Source: a virus
Taxonomy: Duplodnaviria; Caudoviricetes
Length of the DNA stretch: 52,328 nucleotides
IMG/VR virus record: IMGVR_UViG_3300010048_000016
Span: 1-52,328 of that record
Direction: 5' to 3' (one strand)
This document shows, in pieces, positions 29,401 through 38,550 of this stretch. Below the pieces are notes generated by a model. That model made no database searches. It was not told the origin of the DNA and was given only the letters and a program-made list of their open reading frames with translations. A program made the translations under genes and the position numbers. The stretch's first letter is position 1, and every line of letters begins with the position of its first letter.

Positions 29401-32161
29401 GCCGTTCCCAGGAGACGTATGGGATCCACTGACGAACGCCAAAATGGCCGTGTCCAAGTTGCGCAGTCAGGGGCTCGGTGCTTGGGCTACCTACACGAAT
29501 CACGCCTATCTGCAGTACCTGCACGGTGGCGTGCCAGCGATCCTTGCCGGGGGAATGGGAGCCGCAGCGCCGCCCACGGTCCGTGCTCCACAGGTCACAG
29601 GTCAGGGTGCTATCCACGGCATTACCCAGGGCGCGCTTGACAAGATAGCCAAACAGGCGAACACCTACATCCTCAGCGCATCTGCCCGGTCGATGATGGC
29701 GCAGCTGCCTCCAGGGGCGCTGCCTCACTTCGCGATCCAAGCAGGGCCCGTACCGGCTCAGGTACAGCTTGCGCTGGCGGCAGCCAAGAGTCAGCTTGGC
29801 AAGCCGTACATCTCGGGTGGCTACGGCCTGACTGCCTCAGGCGAGGACTGCTCGGGCTACGTGTCAACGGTGCTCAATGCAGCCGGGCTTGATCCGCAAG
29901 GCCACCTGTTGACGGGTGGTTTGAAGACCTGGGGCGAGCCCGGTCCCGGCAAGTACATCACCGTGGGCGTCTGGGGCGCAGACTCCGGGCCTCACGGTCA
30001 CACGATGATGGAGATCAACGGTCAGTTCTTCGAGTCTGGAGGTGGTGGGGGCGGACCTCACATAGACAAGAACTGGTCGATGGGCTTCACCTGGTGGCGA
30101 CATCCGAAAGGCTTTGCTCGAGGAGGCATTGTTGGTGAGCCGGGTTATCAGCTGACTGCCAGCGAGTTCGCCCAGTTGCAGAGAGGTGATAAGTCCGTTC
30201 TGCAGAAATACAAGGAGCGCGGTGGCCTTCTCTTTGAGGAGGGCGGCCTCGTTCCCGGGTTCCAGGGTGGTGGTGGGTTTAATCCGCATGCGACAGCTGC
30301 GTCCGTTCATCCACCCACTGAGACAGGTGGAGGCAGTCACAAGGGGATAACGACCAAGAAGCTTCACGGTGGTGGGTCGCGTAATAACCCGAAGAAGTCC
30401 GTTGGACACAAGCCTACGCGCTATCCGCACCCGAAGGGTCTGAAGCCGATCAAAATCATTCCGCAGATGCCAGCCAGCGTTGCTGGGCCACTGGCAACAA
30501 TCAATGCTGACGACTCACTGGTTACCAAGTGGCAGCAGGAGCTGTCGATCGTCCAGGGACGAGAGGCGCTGTGGCCTGTCACCGCGATCATCTCACCGAT
30601 CGATCCCTCCAACAATCTTCCCGAGCCAGCGATTGTCAACTGGGGCAATGTGAAGGGCATGGCTCCCATTACTGCGCCTCCCTATACGTCGATACCTGCC
30701 GGTCCGATACTTCAGTTCCCTCCGGGTGGTGTGGGCACTCCTAACTGGGGCATGACTGATCCGAGCACGGGACAGTGGGCATACGGCCTGGATGTGCGCC
30801 TGGGCGAGATCGGTCCTCATCTGGCATTGGGTAGCCGGGCTGTCACCGACGAAACTACTGAGCTCGGACTCAACAACCTGATCTTGGCCAAGTGGTGGGA
30901 ACAGGTCGCACAAGCGCCGATCGTCAAGAAAGCTTCTCAGGCAGAGATGAACCAGCTGGTGCAGACAATCGGCTGGTATGACGACCAGAGCAACTTTCAT
31001 CCCGGCCTCGTCCAGCAGTGGATTGATCGGATGAAGCAGCAGCGGGCATTGATCGCTCCTAACAAGAGCGACATCGCTACCAAGCTGAAGGATCGCTATC
31101 AGAAGCTCAAGAACAAAGTGCGTCAGGAGTCCCGCAACAAGCGGCTGAAGGGTCAGTTACTGCGTGCAATCACTGTGGACGATCTGACCAAGCTGCAGGC
31201 CAACATGGATGCTGCAATCCCTGGCAAGGCACCTTATAACTGGGTGGCGGCTGGTATGGGCAACCCGAAGACGGGTCAGGCCAATGCTGACTATCTGTGG
31301 GGAACCCAAGAGCGCCCGAAGGAGATCGCTGGCGTTACCGACTACATCACCACTCTGCGTGATCAGGCCAACACTGCGGCAATGAAGCTGTACTACACGA
31401 TCACTCTGGATACCGAGACAGCCGTACAGGCACTGCAGTACCAGGAGGACCAAGCTCGCCAAGAGCTATACGACAAGGCTGCACACAAGCGCATCGACCT
31501 CGACCAGCTGATCACCACCAAGACGCAGCTGGTGACCAAGAACAAGAAGATCCTCGATGCTCTGTCTGGTCAGACTGCCTACTCAAAGCAGGAGACAGTC
31601 GGCGGCATTATCGGACAGATGAACCAGATCATCGATCCGGCAGGTCAGCTACAAGCGGTCAACATCGACACGATGCGCTACATCACGATCCCGACGCTGA
31701 CCAACGAGATCAATCAGATTCTGCAGACGCAGCCGACGCAGAACACATCGGGCGATCAGAGCGCACTGGCCGATGCGCAGAACCTGATGAATCTGCAGTC
31801 ACAGCGAATGGTCATCCAGGCCGAGGCGTTGGCATCGCAGGCCTCGGGCTTCAAGATCCTGACCGATGCTCTGAGGACCATGCCTCCGTTTGCCGGATCG
31901 TTCCAGGAGGGCGGTGTCGTACCAGGGCCGCTCGGTGAGGCTCGAACGATCATTGCTCACGGTGGCGAGACGGTGACGCCAGCGGCACAGCCATCCCAGT
32001 CCCAGCAGCCGATGCGAATGTTGATCCGGATGGAGGACAACACCACCCGGGTATGGCTCGATGATGTCGAGCAGCAGGTACAGATGTCTACCAGTACCGC
32101 AGCACGACACGCACGTCGAGGACTACCAGGACGAGCAGGAGGATTGGTAAGCCAGAGATGA
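23471..32161 (+). CDS. Tape measure protein (2896 aa) with lytic transglycosylase and NlpC/P60 peptidase domains
   Basis: N-terminal LGDAILELGAD; long helical A/G-rich body; AIALAESTG...GASGLWQI (SLT-like); LGKPYISGG...DCSGYVS...GHTMM (NlpC/P60); C-terminal FQEGGVVPG...IIAHGGETV. Confidence 0.93.
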   Translation: MEAHETLGDAILELGADWAPLRRELETAGTYTRIKMDEMARSTGQFQRSLDQLGSAMRNFTAGGQQFATVTTATRELTNSFLKLRSATEAYKLAAGSAAATTDDLARKLGDARRQLGLTTTQVELLTKALGLAGEAVHEWNSEIDDMDQGLRDVNASMGEFITLHGRIRALGPMLTPEQRRSITTEPAYQGLMRSQTEAAGPGGPIIARVELPPEMGDRIVEAINTGRRLEALLERQLQTGEYSILGGGTPRYTRTERPKELAPAPEMGPEFFDRMAQEMDKVMAPVRAAWAQGINVQSAAAEASAQAAKEAKDELGGIRSLLAQMGREAAEPEAAGGEDIARLEALRRDITQYMAEPIANAVGDAVKQNLPEGMLTREDIDKIVPSQRYLDMMERFARQGLSMGGNKPGNAVAILGGAKSPETPVNANNPLPTALVSSARSGLGANAANYENEPAPQVQSTAAGVAQAAPTAGTAAQPQQVVHAPTQATPAMTQEDLAARLLERESILARLPAGRVPRTGLTPGQYASLAGREPYYGPQRQLPRGETIGTEPGYVHFEPMYGTRGGPNIRTGQLTPEEYDPFSGQVVTFGHPRPQFQYPVRAPIEPIRSGTTGTPRDVLAYIDSVMGAMASSEIRAAITREIASQADVPRGIAGAAPIPRRRQLRGGQWVGPETGPSRYRWPEQPSREMVPFGPGVPMGREITPHTPETVMRNYGNLLHMFHAYEDIHAQDPGDPHRFAQAAAHLMAWLEALRAADEAMGAAIPALPRGVPPGVGGGGRQALPRGGPQRAIPRQAMRGGSRFRPFQETVVEDVTNVTEIAPGAPGGGDGGRPPPFVFPGQGGWGEFARRALFGRRNRGIPFLGAVPGAGFGLLSLAGLGPEHLLGTAGAIGASAIAGGAGAATLLAGAAGTMAVGGGADLAVLKSTLTDTQALSGSYTQLQNAVQTYGQKSRQAALAQGQLNQQLLTLSGDPKSGKPGVGALAELQLAKSAQSLDQFWDRSTQKARVQAVNIMQQGVTLGRDYTPRIANAANENLKIINQGIKPLFSWLEGPQGVKIFNDLEGMFRRNLPTAVHAFSQAVEILLRFVDAASKHTGHFTETLDKFLTKINERSSGYFTGIVDKLVGDFKVWEKFAKLLVTDLDLIFRQNAGAGKDIITTLDGMLGRLHTWLTTSRGQQQLHSVFETHKQEVLTLLDQLPKLLKAFGSFYLTVSPALTTAFTGFIKLLADVLGPLVTMSPQITTFVGAMMAMQKFHILIPTLKAVAGLFTTMAVGEEEMLLAGGAGGKGAPGALEKLLGASASTGTGGLGLGGIAKKEERALVSEAETVGKTGFAARLTKPFDNLIGNLEKRYSAFLPENFAKYAARGTVVAGGGLAGYMGGTAIQGATGLRRGGTASALGGLAGTGAGVAAAAGIGALAGIELGPVGMLMGATLGSAVGTTFGPTIGHFFSSIFGGAPARNYGREFVREFNKALPGLKIASTVAIGPSGQKEMVKRIQDDKNAAGKAYADFQSAQDTYRSALAKPMMLGGVQITPSTERADLKAMNTSYDKYKKLADTSGTDTANYFISAMQAVKVPSEFAFQTDILTALGKLKGPAQQSALDTLLGYVQTLQQNKDLAPNQVQKILTAIEAQFPALKVYMQQQGEQDDAALAEKMKLKQTQTQLQTTMTTIETQFGLAWLNPDISGANWAKNVGKNASALQTIIKNSSGTTRTQAVTAYEGLQTDTGKHFQAMVDHTRTRMSTMKSLIEGHSKDAAATAKKHFGDLATSIDTAWKGGAISTTRGAQLISQATNTILKEFGAKSLSQIGLGNVQKLVEQFQSQSYGQVHLHQAGGLVQVGAAGQRGQDTIPMQVGGQPIMVGAGEQVAVFNAHQQAVMNTRLADYGGLPGFFSSVNTPHAKFQEGGFVPGFQQGGQVFRPGASGRFSYGQLEGLWERAGGASKMAPIMAAIALAESTGSPTAHNPSGASGLWQILGLPFPGDVWDPLTNAKMAVSKLRSQGLGAWATYTNHAYLQYLHGGVPAILAGGMGAAAPPTVRAPQVTGQGAIHGITQGALDKIAKQANTYILSASARSMMAQLPPGALPHFAIQAGPVPAQVQLALAAAKSQLGKPYISGGYGLTASGEDCSGYVSTVLNAAGLDPQGHLLTGGLKTWGEPGPGKYITVGVWGADSGPHGHTMMEINGQFFESGGGGGGPHIDKNWSMGFTWWRHPKGFARGGIVGEPGYQLTASEFAQLQRGDKSVLQKYKERGGLLFEEGGLVPGFQGGGGFNPHATAASVHPPTETGGGSHKGITTKKLHGGGSRNNPKKSVGHKPTRYPHPKGLKPIKIIPQMPASVAGPLATINADDSLVTKWQQELSIVQGREALWPVTAIISPIDPSNNLPEPAIVNWGNVKGMAPITAPPYTSIPAGPILQFPPGGVGTPNWGMTDPSTGQWAYGLDVRLGEIGPHLALGSRAVTDETTELGLNNLILAKWWEQVAQAPIVKKASQAEMNQLVQTIGWYDDQSNFHPGLVQQWIDRMKQQRALIAPNKSDIATKLKDRYQKLKNKVRQESRNKRLKGQLLRAITVDDLTKLQANMDAAIPGKAPYNWVAAGMGNPKTGQANADYLWGTQERPKEIAGVTDYITTLRDQANTAAMKLYYTITLDTETAVQALQYQEDQARQELYDKAAHKRIDLDQLITTKTQLVTKNKKILDALSGQTAYSKQETVGGIIGQMNQIIDPAGQLQAVNIDTMRYITIPTLTNEINQILQTQPTQNTSGDQSALADAQNLMNLQSQRMVIQAEALASQASGFKILTDALRTMPPFAGSFQEGGVVPGPLGEARTIIAHGGETVTPAAQPSQSQQPMRMLIRMEDNTTRVWLDDVEQQVQMSTSTAARHARRGLPGRAGGLVSQR

Positions 32162-32174
32162 CTAGGGCGAGACT

Positions 32175-34241
32175 ATGAGCTGGACCGTGATGATCGATCC
32201 TCCGGCCATTGCCGGATCGCCACCGGCCAACCGTACTGCGCTGTCGCTCAACAGTGGTGGCATCCTGATTGACCAGAAGGGCATCGACTGGGGCGACTCA
32301 CAGATTCAGACCTACCTGGCTGACAGGCGCGTGGGTTCGATCAAGATCGACTTTCGGATGCCCAACCGCAAGGTCACGATTCCGTTGTTCTTGATGGACG
32401 ATCCCAGCGGTAGTCTGACTGAGGAGCAGGTTCGGGCAATGCTCCAGCAGAAGGTCGGAACGATCCAGATGAGCGGCGGCTGGCTGATGCGCCAGCGAGC
32501 GGGAGGGCCCGCCACCTATGCCGACATCGTCGATGCTGTCTTGACTCTGCCGGATATCTGGGGTGAAACGGGAGGGATCGAGCCATCCGTCAATCTGATC
32601 CTCGAGTGCTCACCGGACTTCTACGGAGATGAGCTCACCCTGGACGTGGCAACCGTCTCGGGCGGTGCGCTTACGGGAGCTCTGCAACTGAGCGGCTCCA
32701 ACGCAGTGATCCAGGGCGATCATATGGGGCGGGCAAACATCATCGTCACAGATACCAGCGGCTTTGACCAGACAAGTCTTATCTGGGCCTTCCGTCAGAC
32801 CTATTACGACCCATCGTCCACGGCTCACCTGGTCTATAGCGCCAGCGCGCTGAACCCGATCAGTCCGGCTACGACGGGTACAACAGCAGGACGAACCACG
32901 GTCATAAGCCCGGCGCTACCAGCTTCGCCTAGCTGGACTCCGATTGTGCAGACTGACGTGGGCGGCAGTAGTCCAATGACGCATCTGGGTTCCTATCGCA
33001 TCCGGGCCCGGGTGTATACGGCATCCACTACCAACGTCTGGTTGCGTCTGGTCTGGGGAGTGGGTGCAGCCATTGGCATCACTGCCAACGACCTGGTTCT
33101 GATCCCGGGCTCTTCCAGCTTCTACATCATCGATCTGGGTGAGATTCGAGTGGACTTCCCGCCAATCGGGACACTGCGTTGGGAAGGGCAGATTCAAGGA
33201 CAGGGACAGAACGGCGGTGAGACAGTTGCGATCGACCAGATCTATCTGCAGCCCTTGGATGATTCTGCTGGCTATGCGACGGCAAGCAAGAGCGTGTCGT
33301 CACTCGCCAGTCCGGCTGCGCGCGATGGTTTCAACCAGACCGGAAGTCCGAACCTCTCAGGCGGCACCGTAGCTGCTGACCTGGGTGGTAACTGGACGCA
33401 GACGAACATCGGGACCAGCAGCGGCAACTTCGGGTATGACACAACTAATCACAATATCTTCAAGACAGCCATCCTGAGCTACCCAGGGCCCTCCTATCTG
33501 ACGCTGGGCGGAGTCAGTCATACCGATGTTGACGTCTCAGCTGATATTGGCTTTGCAAGTTTCGCCTTGACCAGTACGGGACAGGCCCTCACCTTCGGTG
33601 TGCTGGGCCGATGGGTGGATGGACTGCACTGGTTCGGTGCAGCGATCACTTACCTTGCCACGAGCAATACCTTCGGTACGACATTTGTGCAACTACTCAA
33701 GGTCAACTCGGCAAGCTCGTATACGGCCACGGTCATGTCATCGGTCGTTGTCAATAAGCTGCCGGTGCTGCCAGCTACCAATCGCCTGGAGCTCTCGATC
33801 ACCTCTGCAGGGATAGCCAGGGCTTATCTCAACGGTACGGCTGCCGGGCTTGTCAATGACAGCGATCTGGCCAGCGGTGGTGTCTTGGCGTCGGGTCAGG
33901 CAGGGCTGTTTGAGTATCAGGCAGATGCGGGAATCAGGCGGCAGTACGACAACTTCCTGGTGTACCCAACTGCTCCCAACGATGCGGTCTGCTATGCGCA
34001 CTCGAGCGCCAGTCTGCGCTACGACGGTATGTATCGGTCGGATACGACCAATACATACTTTGGTCCAATGGCCAATGTGGTGGGAGACCTTCCGAGGCTA
34101 CCGCCCTCCGGAGTCGAGAACCGACCGGTTGAGCTCTTTCTGATGATGAGCCGAGGGGATCTGGCACAGCAGGCAGATATCGGTCTGGGCAGCTTCACGG
34201 CACAGGTTCGTTATCGGCCCGTTCATATTCACCGAGCATGA
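32175..34241 (+). CDS. Minor tail protein (distal tail-like with inserted carbohydrate-binding-like domains)
   Basis: First gene after the tape measure; beta-rich. Confidence 0.7.
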   Translation: MSWTVMIDPPAIAGSPPANRTALSLNSGGILIDQKGIDWGDSQIQTYLADRRVGSIKIDFRMPNRKVTIPLFLMDDPSGSLTEEQVRAMLQQKVGTIQMSGGWLMRQRAGGPATYADIVDAVLTLPDIWGETGGIEPSVNLILECSPDFYGDELTLDVATVSGGALTGALQLSGSNAVIQGDHMGRANIIVTDTSGFDQTSLIWAFRQTYYDPSSTAHLVYSASALNPISPATTGTTAGRTTVISPALPASPSWTPIVQTDVGGSSPMTHLGSYRIRARVYTASTTNVWLRLVWGVGAAIGITANDLVLIPGSSSFYIIDLGEIRVDFPPIGTLRWEGQIQGQGQNGGETVAIDQIYLQPLDDSAGYATASKSVSSLASPAARDGFNQTGSPNLSGGTVAADLGGNWTQTNIGTSSGNFGYDTTNHNIFKTAILSYPGPSYLTLGGVSHTDVDVSADIGFASFALTSTGQALTFGVLGRWVDGLHWFGAAITYLATSNTFGTTFVQLLKVNSASSYTATVMSSVVVNKLPVLPATNRLELSITSAGIARAYLNGTAAGLVNDSDLASGGVLASGQAGLFEYQADAGIRRQYDNFLVYPTAPNDAVCYAHSSASLRYDGMYRSDTTNTYFGPMANVVGDLPRLPPSGVENRPVELFLMMSRGDLAQQADIGLGSFTAQVRYRPVHIHRA

Positions 34242-34633
34242 GCCGTCTTTACTCCACAGCCCGGCAGAGCTTCCTCACGGGGGCCATCAACTGGAACACC
34301 GATACGTTCGGGGTGCTTCTTTGCACCAATACCTACGTTCCCAGCCTCAACACTGACCAGTTCGTCAGCATTATCCCGAGCGGCGCAATCACCGCTCGAG
34401 CTGCGCTGTCCAGTCTGTCATCGACGGCAGGTCAGGCGCACGCGGCCAATGTGAATTTTGCCAGCGTCTCCGGGTCGGCCATCGTGTTCCTGATCGTCTA
34501 CAAGAACACAGGCAGCGATGCTACTTCGCCGCTGATCTGCATGATCGACGCAGCCAGTGGGCTTCCAGTATTCCCTAGCGGTACGCCGGTCGCGATAGCG
34601 TGGGACTCAACTAACGGCATCTTCATCCTGTAA
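34238..34633 (+). CDS. Minor tail protein
   Basis: LYSTARQSFLTGAINWNTD...SPLICMID...GLPV.P.G....IAWD..GIF.L, a conserved small phage tail family pattern. Confidence 0.8.
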   Translation: MSRLYSTARQSFLTGAINWNTDTFGVLLCTNTYVPSLNTDQFVSIIPSGAITARAALSSLSSTAGQAHAANVNFASVSGSAIVFLIVYKNTGSDATSPLICMIDAASGLPVFPSGTPVAIAWDSTNGIFIL

Positions 34634-34646
34634 GGAGGGGTGAGCT

Positions 34647-35771
34647 ATGGCCAGGCTCAGGTACAACAATGCAGCAGGTACGTTGGGCTCGCCAGCGCTC
34701 ACCAACACGGCCACAACGATTACGTTCGCCAGTGCTCCGCCTTTCGCTACGCTCGTCTCTCCGAACTACATCCCGCTGGCACTCGATCCCCCACAGGGCC
34801 CTTCGCCCAGCCCAAGCTTCGAGATCGTTTGGCTAACTGCCTATACCGCAGGAGCTACGACGGGCACGATCCTCCGTGGCCAGGAGGGCACTACTGCGAT
34901 TGCGCATAATGTCGGTGCTGTCTGGGCTCAGGCTGTGACGCTGGTCGACATTCAGACCTCGCCGGTCGGCTCGATCATTCCGTACGCGGGCACAGGTGAT
35001 CCTCCGGAGAGCAACTGGGTAATAGCTGATGGGCGGTTGATCGGTCCTCGTACAACCACCTATGCAGATTTCTTCGCACGTGTAGGGCATGCTTACAACG
35101 GCGGTGTAGATCCTGGTTCTGGCAATGTACGCATCCCCGATAAGCGTGGTAGACATTCGATCGGTGCGATCAACATGGGATCTGCCGCAGGCGCTGGGGC
35201 CAACGATAATGCTCACGCTCAGCTAGCGGTCGGAGCTAAGGCGGGAGAGGTCAACCACACGCTGGCTACTACCGAAGGGCCCGTGCATAACCACTGGAAT
35301 GCTTTGTCGCAGACCGACCTCAATCACAAGCACTACGTACCTGCCAGTGCTAGCTCTAGCTCAAGCTCGTCTTCGTCATCGTCTGACGGTGGCCATACGC
35401 ATGGATTGGGTCCGGGACAGGGCATTACAGGTGTCTGGGCAAGTAATCCGCAGAGCGGCACTATCGGAGGCGGAACAGCGATCGGTGTTCACTGGTATCT
35501 ACAAGGCTCGGATGTCGGTTATGCGTCTATCTCCACCTCTACCTCCACCTCGACCTCTACCTCGGTGACCATCGGTGATGGCTACTCCGGTAATCCTTAT
35601 GACTATGACGTTAGTGGAACGTACGGTCTGGGTGGTCATTGGTACCACGGGCATACGATCCCTTGGGATCTGGGGACGACACCATCGGGTGGCGCATCGG
35701 CTGGTTCGACGCAGGCTCACAATAATCTGCCTCCATACGAATGTGATTCCTACATCGTGAGGATTGCTTAA
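34647..35771 (+). CDS. Tail fiber protein with tail-collar domain
   Basis: PVGSIIPYAG...W..ADG...YADFF...IPDKRGR..IG, GEVNHTL...E.PVHNH, AHNNLPPY...YIVR. Confidence 0.88.
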   Translation: MARLRYNNAAGTLGSPALTNTATTITFASAPPFATLVSPNYIPLALDPPQGPSPSPSFEIVWLTAYTAGATTGTILRGQEGTTAIAHNVGAVWAQAVTLVDIQTSPVGSIIPYAGTGDPPESNWVIADGRLIGPRTTTYADFFARVGHAYNGGVDPGSGNVRIPDKRGRHSIGAINMGSAAGAGANDNAHAQLAVGAKAGEVNHTLATTEGPVHNHWNALSQTDLNHKHYVPASASSSSSSSSSSSDGGHTHGLGPGQGITGVWASNPQSGTIGGGTAIGVHWYLQGSDVGYASISTSTSTSTSTSVTIGDGYSGNPYDYDVSGTYGLGGHWYHGHTIPWDLGTTPSGGASAGSTQAHNNLPPYECDSYIVRIA

Positions 35772-36211
35772 TGGCTAAGCGCGTCGTCACTCATCATGCT
35801 CATCATCCCGGCGAGGGTGTCTATCGGCTGATTCATGCGCAGACAGAAGAAGTCGTCCAGCACGTGGAGGTCGAGAACCCCAACTACGACCCCGTGATGG
35901 CAGCGCTGGAGATACCAGAAGGCTACGATCCTGTCGCTCATACCAGCAATGGCAATGGCCGGGTCAATGCCTTCAATGCTGAGCCACCTACCCTGCTTCA
36001 AGAGCGCAAGGTCACGATCTACTCGGACCACCAGGACATCATCTGGGCTGACGACGACGAGCAATGGCAAGGGCTGAGCGACGATGAGATCGCTGCCAAG
36101 CAACGACAACAGGTCAAGGAAGCATTCGACGCTCGGAGGCAGGAGGCCCTGAAGGCAGAGCAGGCGGCGCGAGACTTTCGCGACATCGGCCAGACCGAAG
36201 TGGAGCTCTAG
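35771..36211 (+). CDS. Hypothetical protein (possible fiber assembly factor)
   Basis: TAATG coupling after the fiber gene. Confidence 0.65.
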   Translation: MAKRVVTHHAHHPGEGVYRLIHAQTEEVVQHVEVENPNYDPVMAALEIPEGYDPVAHTSNGNGRVNAFNAEPPTLLQERKVTIYSDHQDIIWADDDEQWQGLSDDEIAAKQRQQVKEAFDARRQEALKAEQAARDFRDIGQTEVEL

Positions 36212-38194
36212 TTGTTCGGGGCGACTCTCTATGGAGGGGTCTATGGATCGAGCGGAAGTATCGTTGGCTTCACTGCCTTCCTGACGGCAATTCCAGCTGA
36301 CGATGTTGTAGGAATTCCAACCGTATATGCGCCAGCGAACCTGCGCCTCACCGCAGAGTTCGCACCGCTACGTCTCAGCATGAACATCCTGACGCCGGAC
36401 GGCTACCAGACACGATGGTCGTCAGCCGAGACCAATCCGCTGAAGACCCATCAGGGGCTCACGTTCTCTACGACGCTGCCCGGAGGGTTTGAACATTGCG
36501 ATGTGACTTTGATACGCGATCCTCGGCGCTTCTACCACGATTTGAAAGAGCTGCAGCGGGTCACCATTTATGGTGTGGGCGGACACACGGCGTGGCAAGG
36601 AAGGCTCGAGACCATCCCTAGCGTGTCGGGTGATCAGCTGTCGTTCACGCCGGGTGCGGCTGGCTATCAGAGTGTTCTGACGGATGACAACTCAGCTCGC
36701 GAGCTCTATATCGAGAACGATATGACCAAGTGGCAGAGCCCGACGCTGAACCGGATGACCTACATTGCGACGATCCCCTATGACCTCGAGGGGAGCATCG
36801 TTACGCCCAATCCATACGATGCGGTCAATCCCTTCATTCCGGCGTTGGCTTGTCAGTTTCAGGGTCCTTGGACCCGAGAGCATATATCTGAAGGCTGGTA
36901 CGACGCTCAGGGGCTGCCGATCGGATATATCCTCTACCAAGCCAATACAGCATCCACGGGCACGCTGGCTACGGGCGATTCGCCTGCGACATTACCAGGC
37001 AGCTGGGTTGCCAATGTGGGCCTGTCTGCCGATGATGCACTCGCGATCACAAACAACGGTGGTGCTACTTGGATTGCCGATGCTTCGGGCTTTCGGTATG
37101 ACACCAACTCCCTTGTATCTTCGCTGGTATCAAGTCAGTCGATCAGCGGGCAACTGAATGCTGGCGTGCTGACCGGTAGCAATGCTCGTGTCTTTGCCTT
37201 CGTGCAGCTTTACAACACTGCTGCCACCGGTAATGATGGCGTCATGTACTCGCTCTACTTTCGAGTTCTGACCATCGTTGGTCAGCAAGGCTTGCCGCTC
37301 TATCAATCCGATCTGAGTGCTTCAGGTCCAGGTGGTACCGGTCCGATGCACGCAGTGGTGATGGGTGTGTTGGGGAGCGATGTACTCAAGCATGCGATAC
37401 CGAAGTACGCGCCCGAGCTCACTATCACTAAGCAGGGCATCAGCACCATCCAACCATCGAGCTTCGTGATTCCAGAGGTTGTCTTTCTGACGCCAGGCAC
37501 GGTGAACGACATGATCCACGCAGTCAGTGCTTACGAGCTCAACGACTGGGGTGTGTATGAAGGCGATCACGATAATCCATGCTTCTTTTGGGCTCCACGA
37601 AATTCGATCGGCAGAAGGTGGCGGAGTCGAATGGGTCCTGCCAAGCTTCAGTCCACCGGACCGCAGATCGATCGCCTGTTCAACGGTGTGGTCGTCAGTT
37701 TCACGGACTTTGCTGGTATCTCGCGCACAGTTGGCCCGGGTGGTGATGGCGTACCGCAGTGGGCACAGACAACCTGTTCCTATACAGATCCATCGCTTGT
37801 TGATCTCGATCCGCTGAATCCGATCAACCAGTGGAACCAGGGGCTGCGTAAATATGCGCCGCTCAGTATGCAATCGACGAGTACGCTACCTCAGGCTGTT
37901 GCTATCGGCGCAGCGTTCCTTGCGGAGCAGAAGCAACGCAACTCGGCTGGGTCTGCGCAGCTCAGTGGATACGTCGAGGATGATACGGGTGTGATTTGGC
38001 CTGCCTACATGGTTAGAGCGGGAGACCAGATTGCTTTTGTCGATGCAGCGATTCCGGCCTATCGCCGTATCGTTTCCACCAACTACAACGATGATACGCG
38101 CATTAATGCTCTCACTCTTGACGCACCACCTGATTCACTCCAGGCTATCCTCAGCCGCCTTCAGGTAGACCTGGTTCCGATATCGGGCGGCTAG
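36212..38194 (+). CDS. Minor tail protein (hub/Tal-like)
   Basis: FSTTLPGGF, AWQGRLE, VRAGDQI motifs; position. Confidence 0.7.
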   Translation: MFGATLYGGVYGSSGSIVGFTAFLTAIPADDVVGIPTVYAPANLRLTAEFAPLRLSMNILTPDGYQTRWSSAETNPLKTHQGLTFSTTLPGGFEHCDVTLIRDPRRFYHDLKELQRVTIYGVGGHTAWQGRLETIPSVSGDQLSFTPGAAGYQSVLTDDNSARELYIENDMTKWQSPTLNRMTYIATIPYDLEGSIVTPNPYDAVNPFIPALACQFQGPWTREHISEGWYDAQGLPIGYILYQANTASTGTLATGDSPATLPGSWVANVGLSADDALAITNNGGATWIADASGFRYDTNSLVSSLVSSQSISGQLNAGVLTGSNARVFAFVQLYNTAATGNDGVMYSLYFRVLTIVGQQGLPLYQSDLSASGPGGTGPMHAVVMGVLGSDVLKHAIPKYAPELTITKQGISTIQPSSFVIPEVVFLTPGTVNDMIHAVSAYELNDWGVYEGDHDNPCFFWAPRNSIGRRWRSRMGPAKLQSTGPQIDRLFNGVVVSFTDFAGISRTVGPGGDGVPQWAQTTCSYTDPSLVDLDPLNPINQWNQGLRKYAPLSMQSTSTLPQAVAIGAAFLAEQKQRNSAGSAQLSGYVEDDTGVIWPAYMVRAGDQIAFVDAAIPAYRRIVSTNYNDDTRINALTLDAPPDSLQAILSRLQVDLVPISGG

Positions 38195-38202
38195 GAGACA
38201 TC

Positions 38203-38541
38203 GTGCCCATTACTCAAATTTTGCCGCCCAATCGTCTGGCTGTAATTGCGACCGTAATCACTAGCCTGGCGGCATTCATCGCTGGCCTGGCTAAGGCCTT
38301 CCCCGGTTCGTGGGAGAGCTATGCGCTGGCCGCTACCGGTCTGCTCGGTCAGGTCGTCGCCACGCTGAAGTTTCTCGAGGGCTCGCAGAAGTTCGATGCG
38401 CTTCAGGCCCGTGAGCGCCTTGAGCATATTCGCCGCCAGGGCGCTGTCGTACCCGCTGGATCGGCTGTAACCACATTCGAACCCCCGTCACTACCGGCTT
38501 CAAGGCGTGGGGCGTACGTCGCACCTTCACAAGACGAGTAA
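38203..38541 (+). CDS. Putative holin
   Basis: Two TM segments, immediately upstream of the endolysin; AGGAG RBS. Confidence 0.7.
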   Translation: MPITQILPPNRLAVIATVITSLAAFIAGLAKAFPGSWESYALAATGLLGQVVATLKFLEGSQKFDALQARERLEHIRRQGAVVPAGSAVTTFEPPSLPASRRGAYVAPSQDE

Positions 38542-38550
38542 GGAAATCCT

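Noticed and set aside
35343-35565. Ser/Thr runs in the tail fiber as a contingency locus or DGR target
   Set aside because: Mixed synonymous codons, no template/variable repeat pair and no reverse transcriptase in the window.
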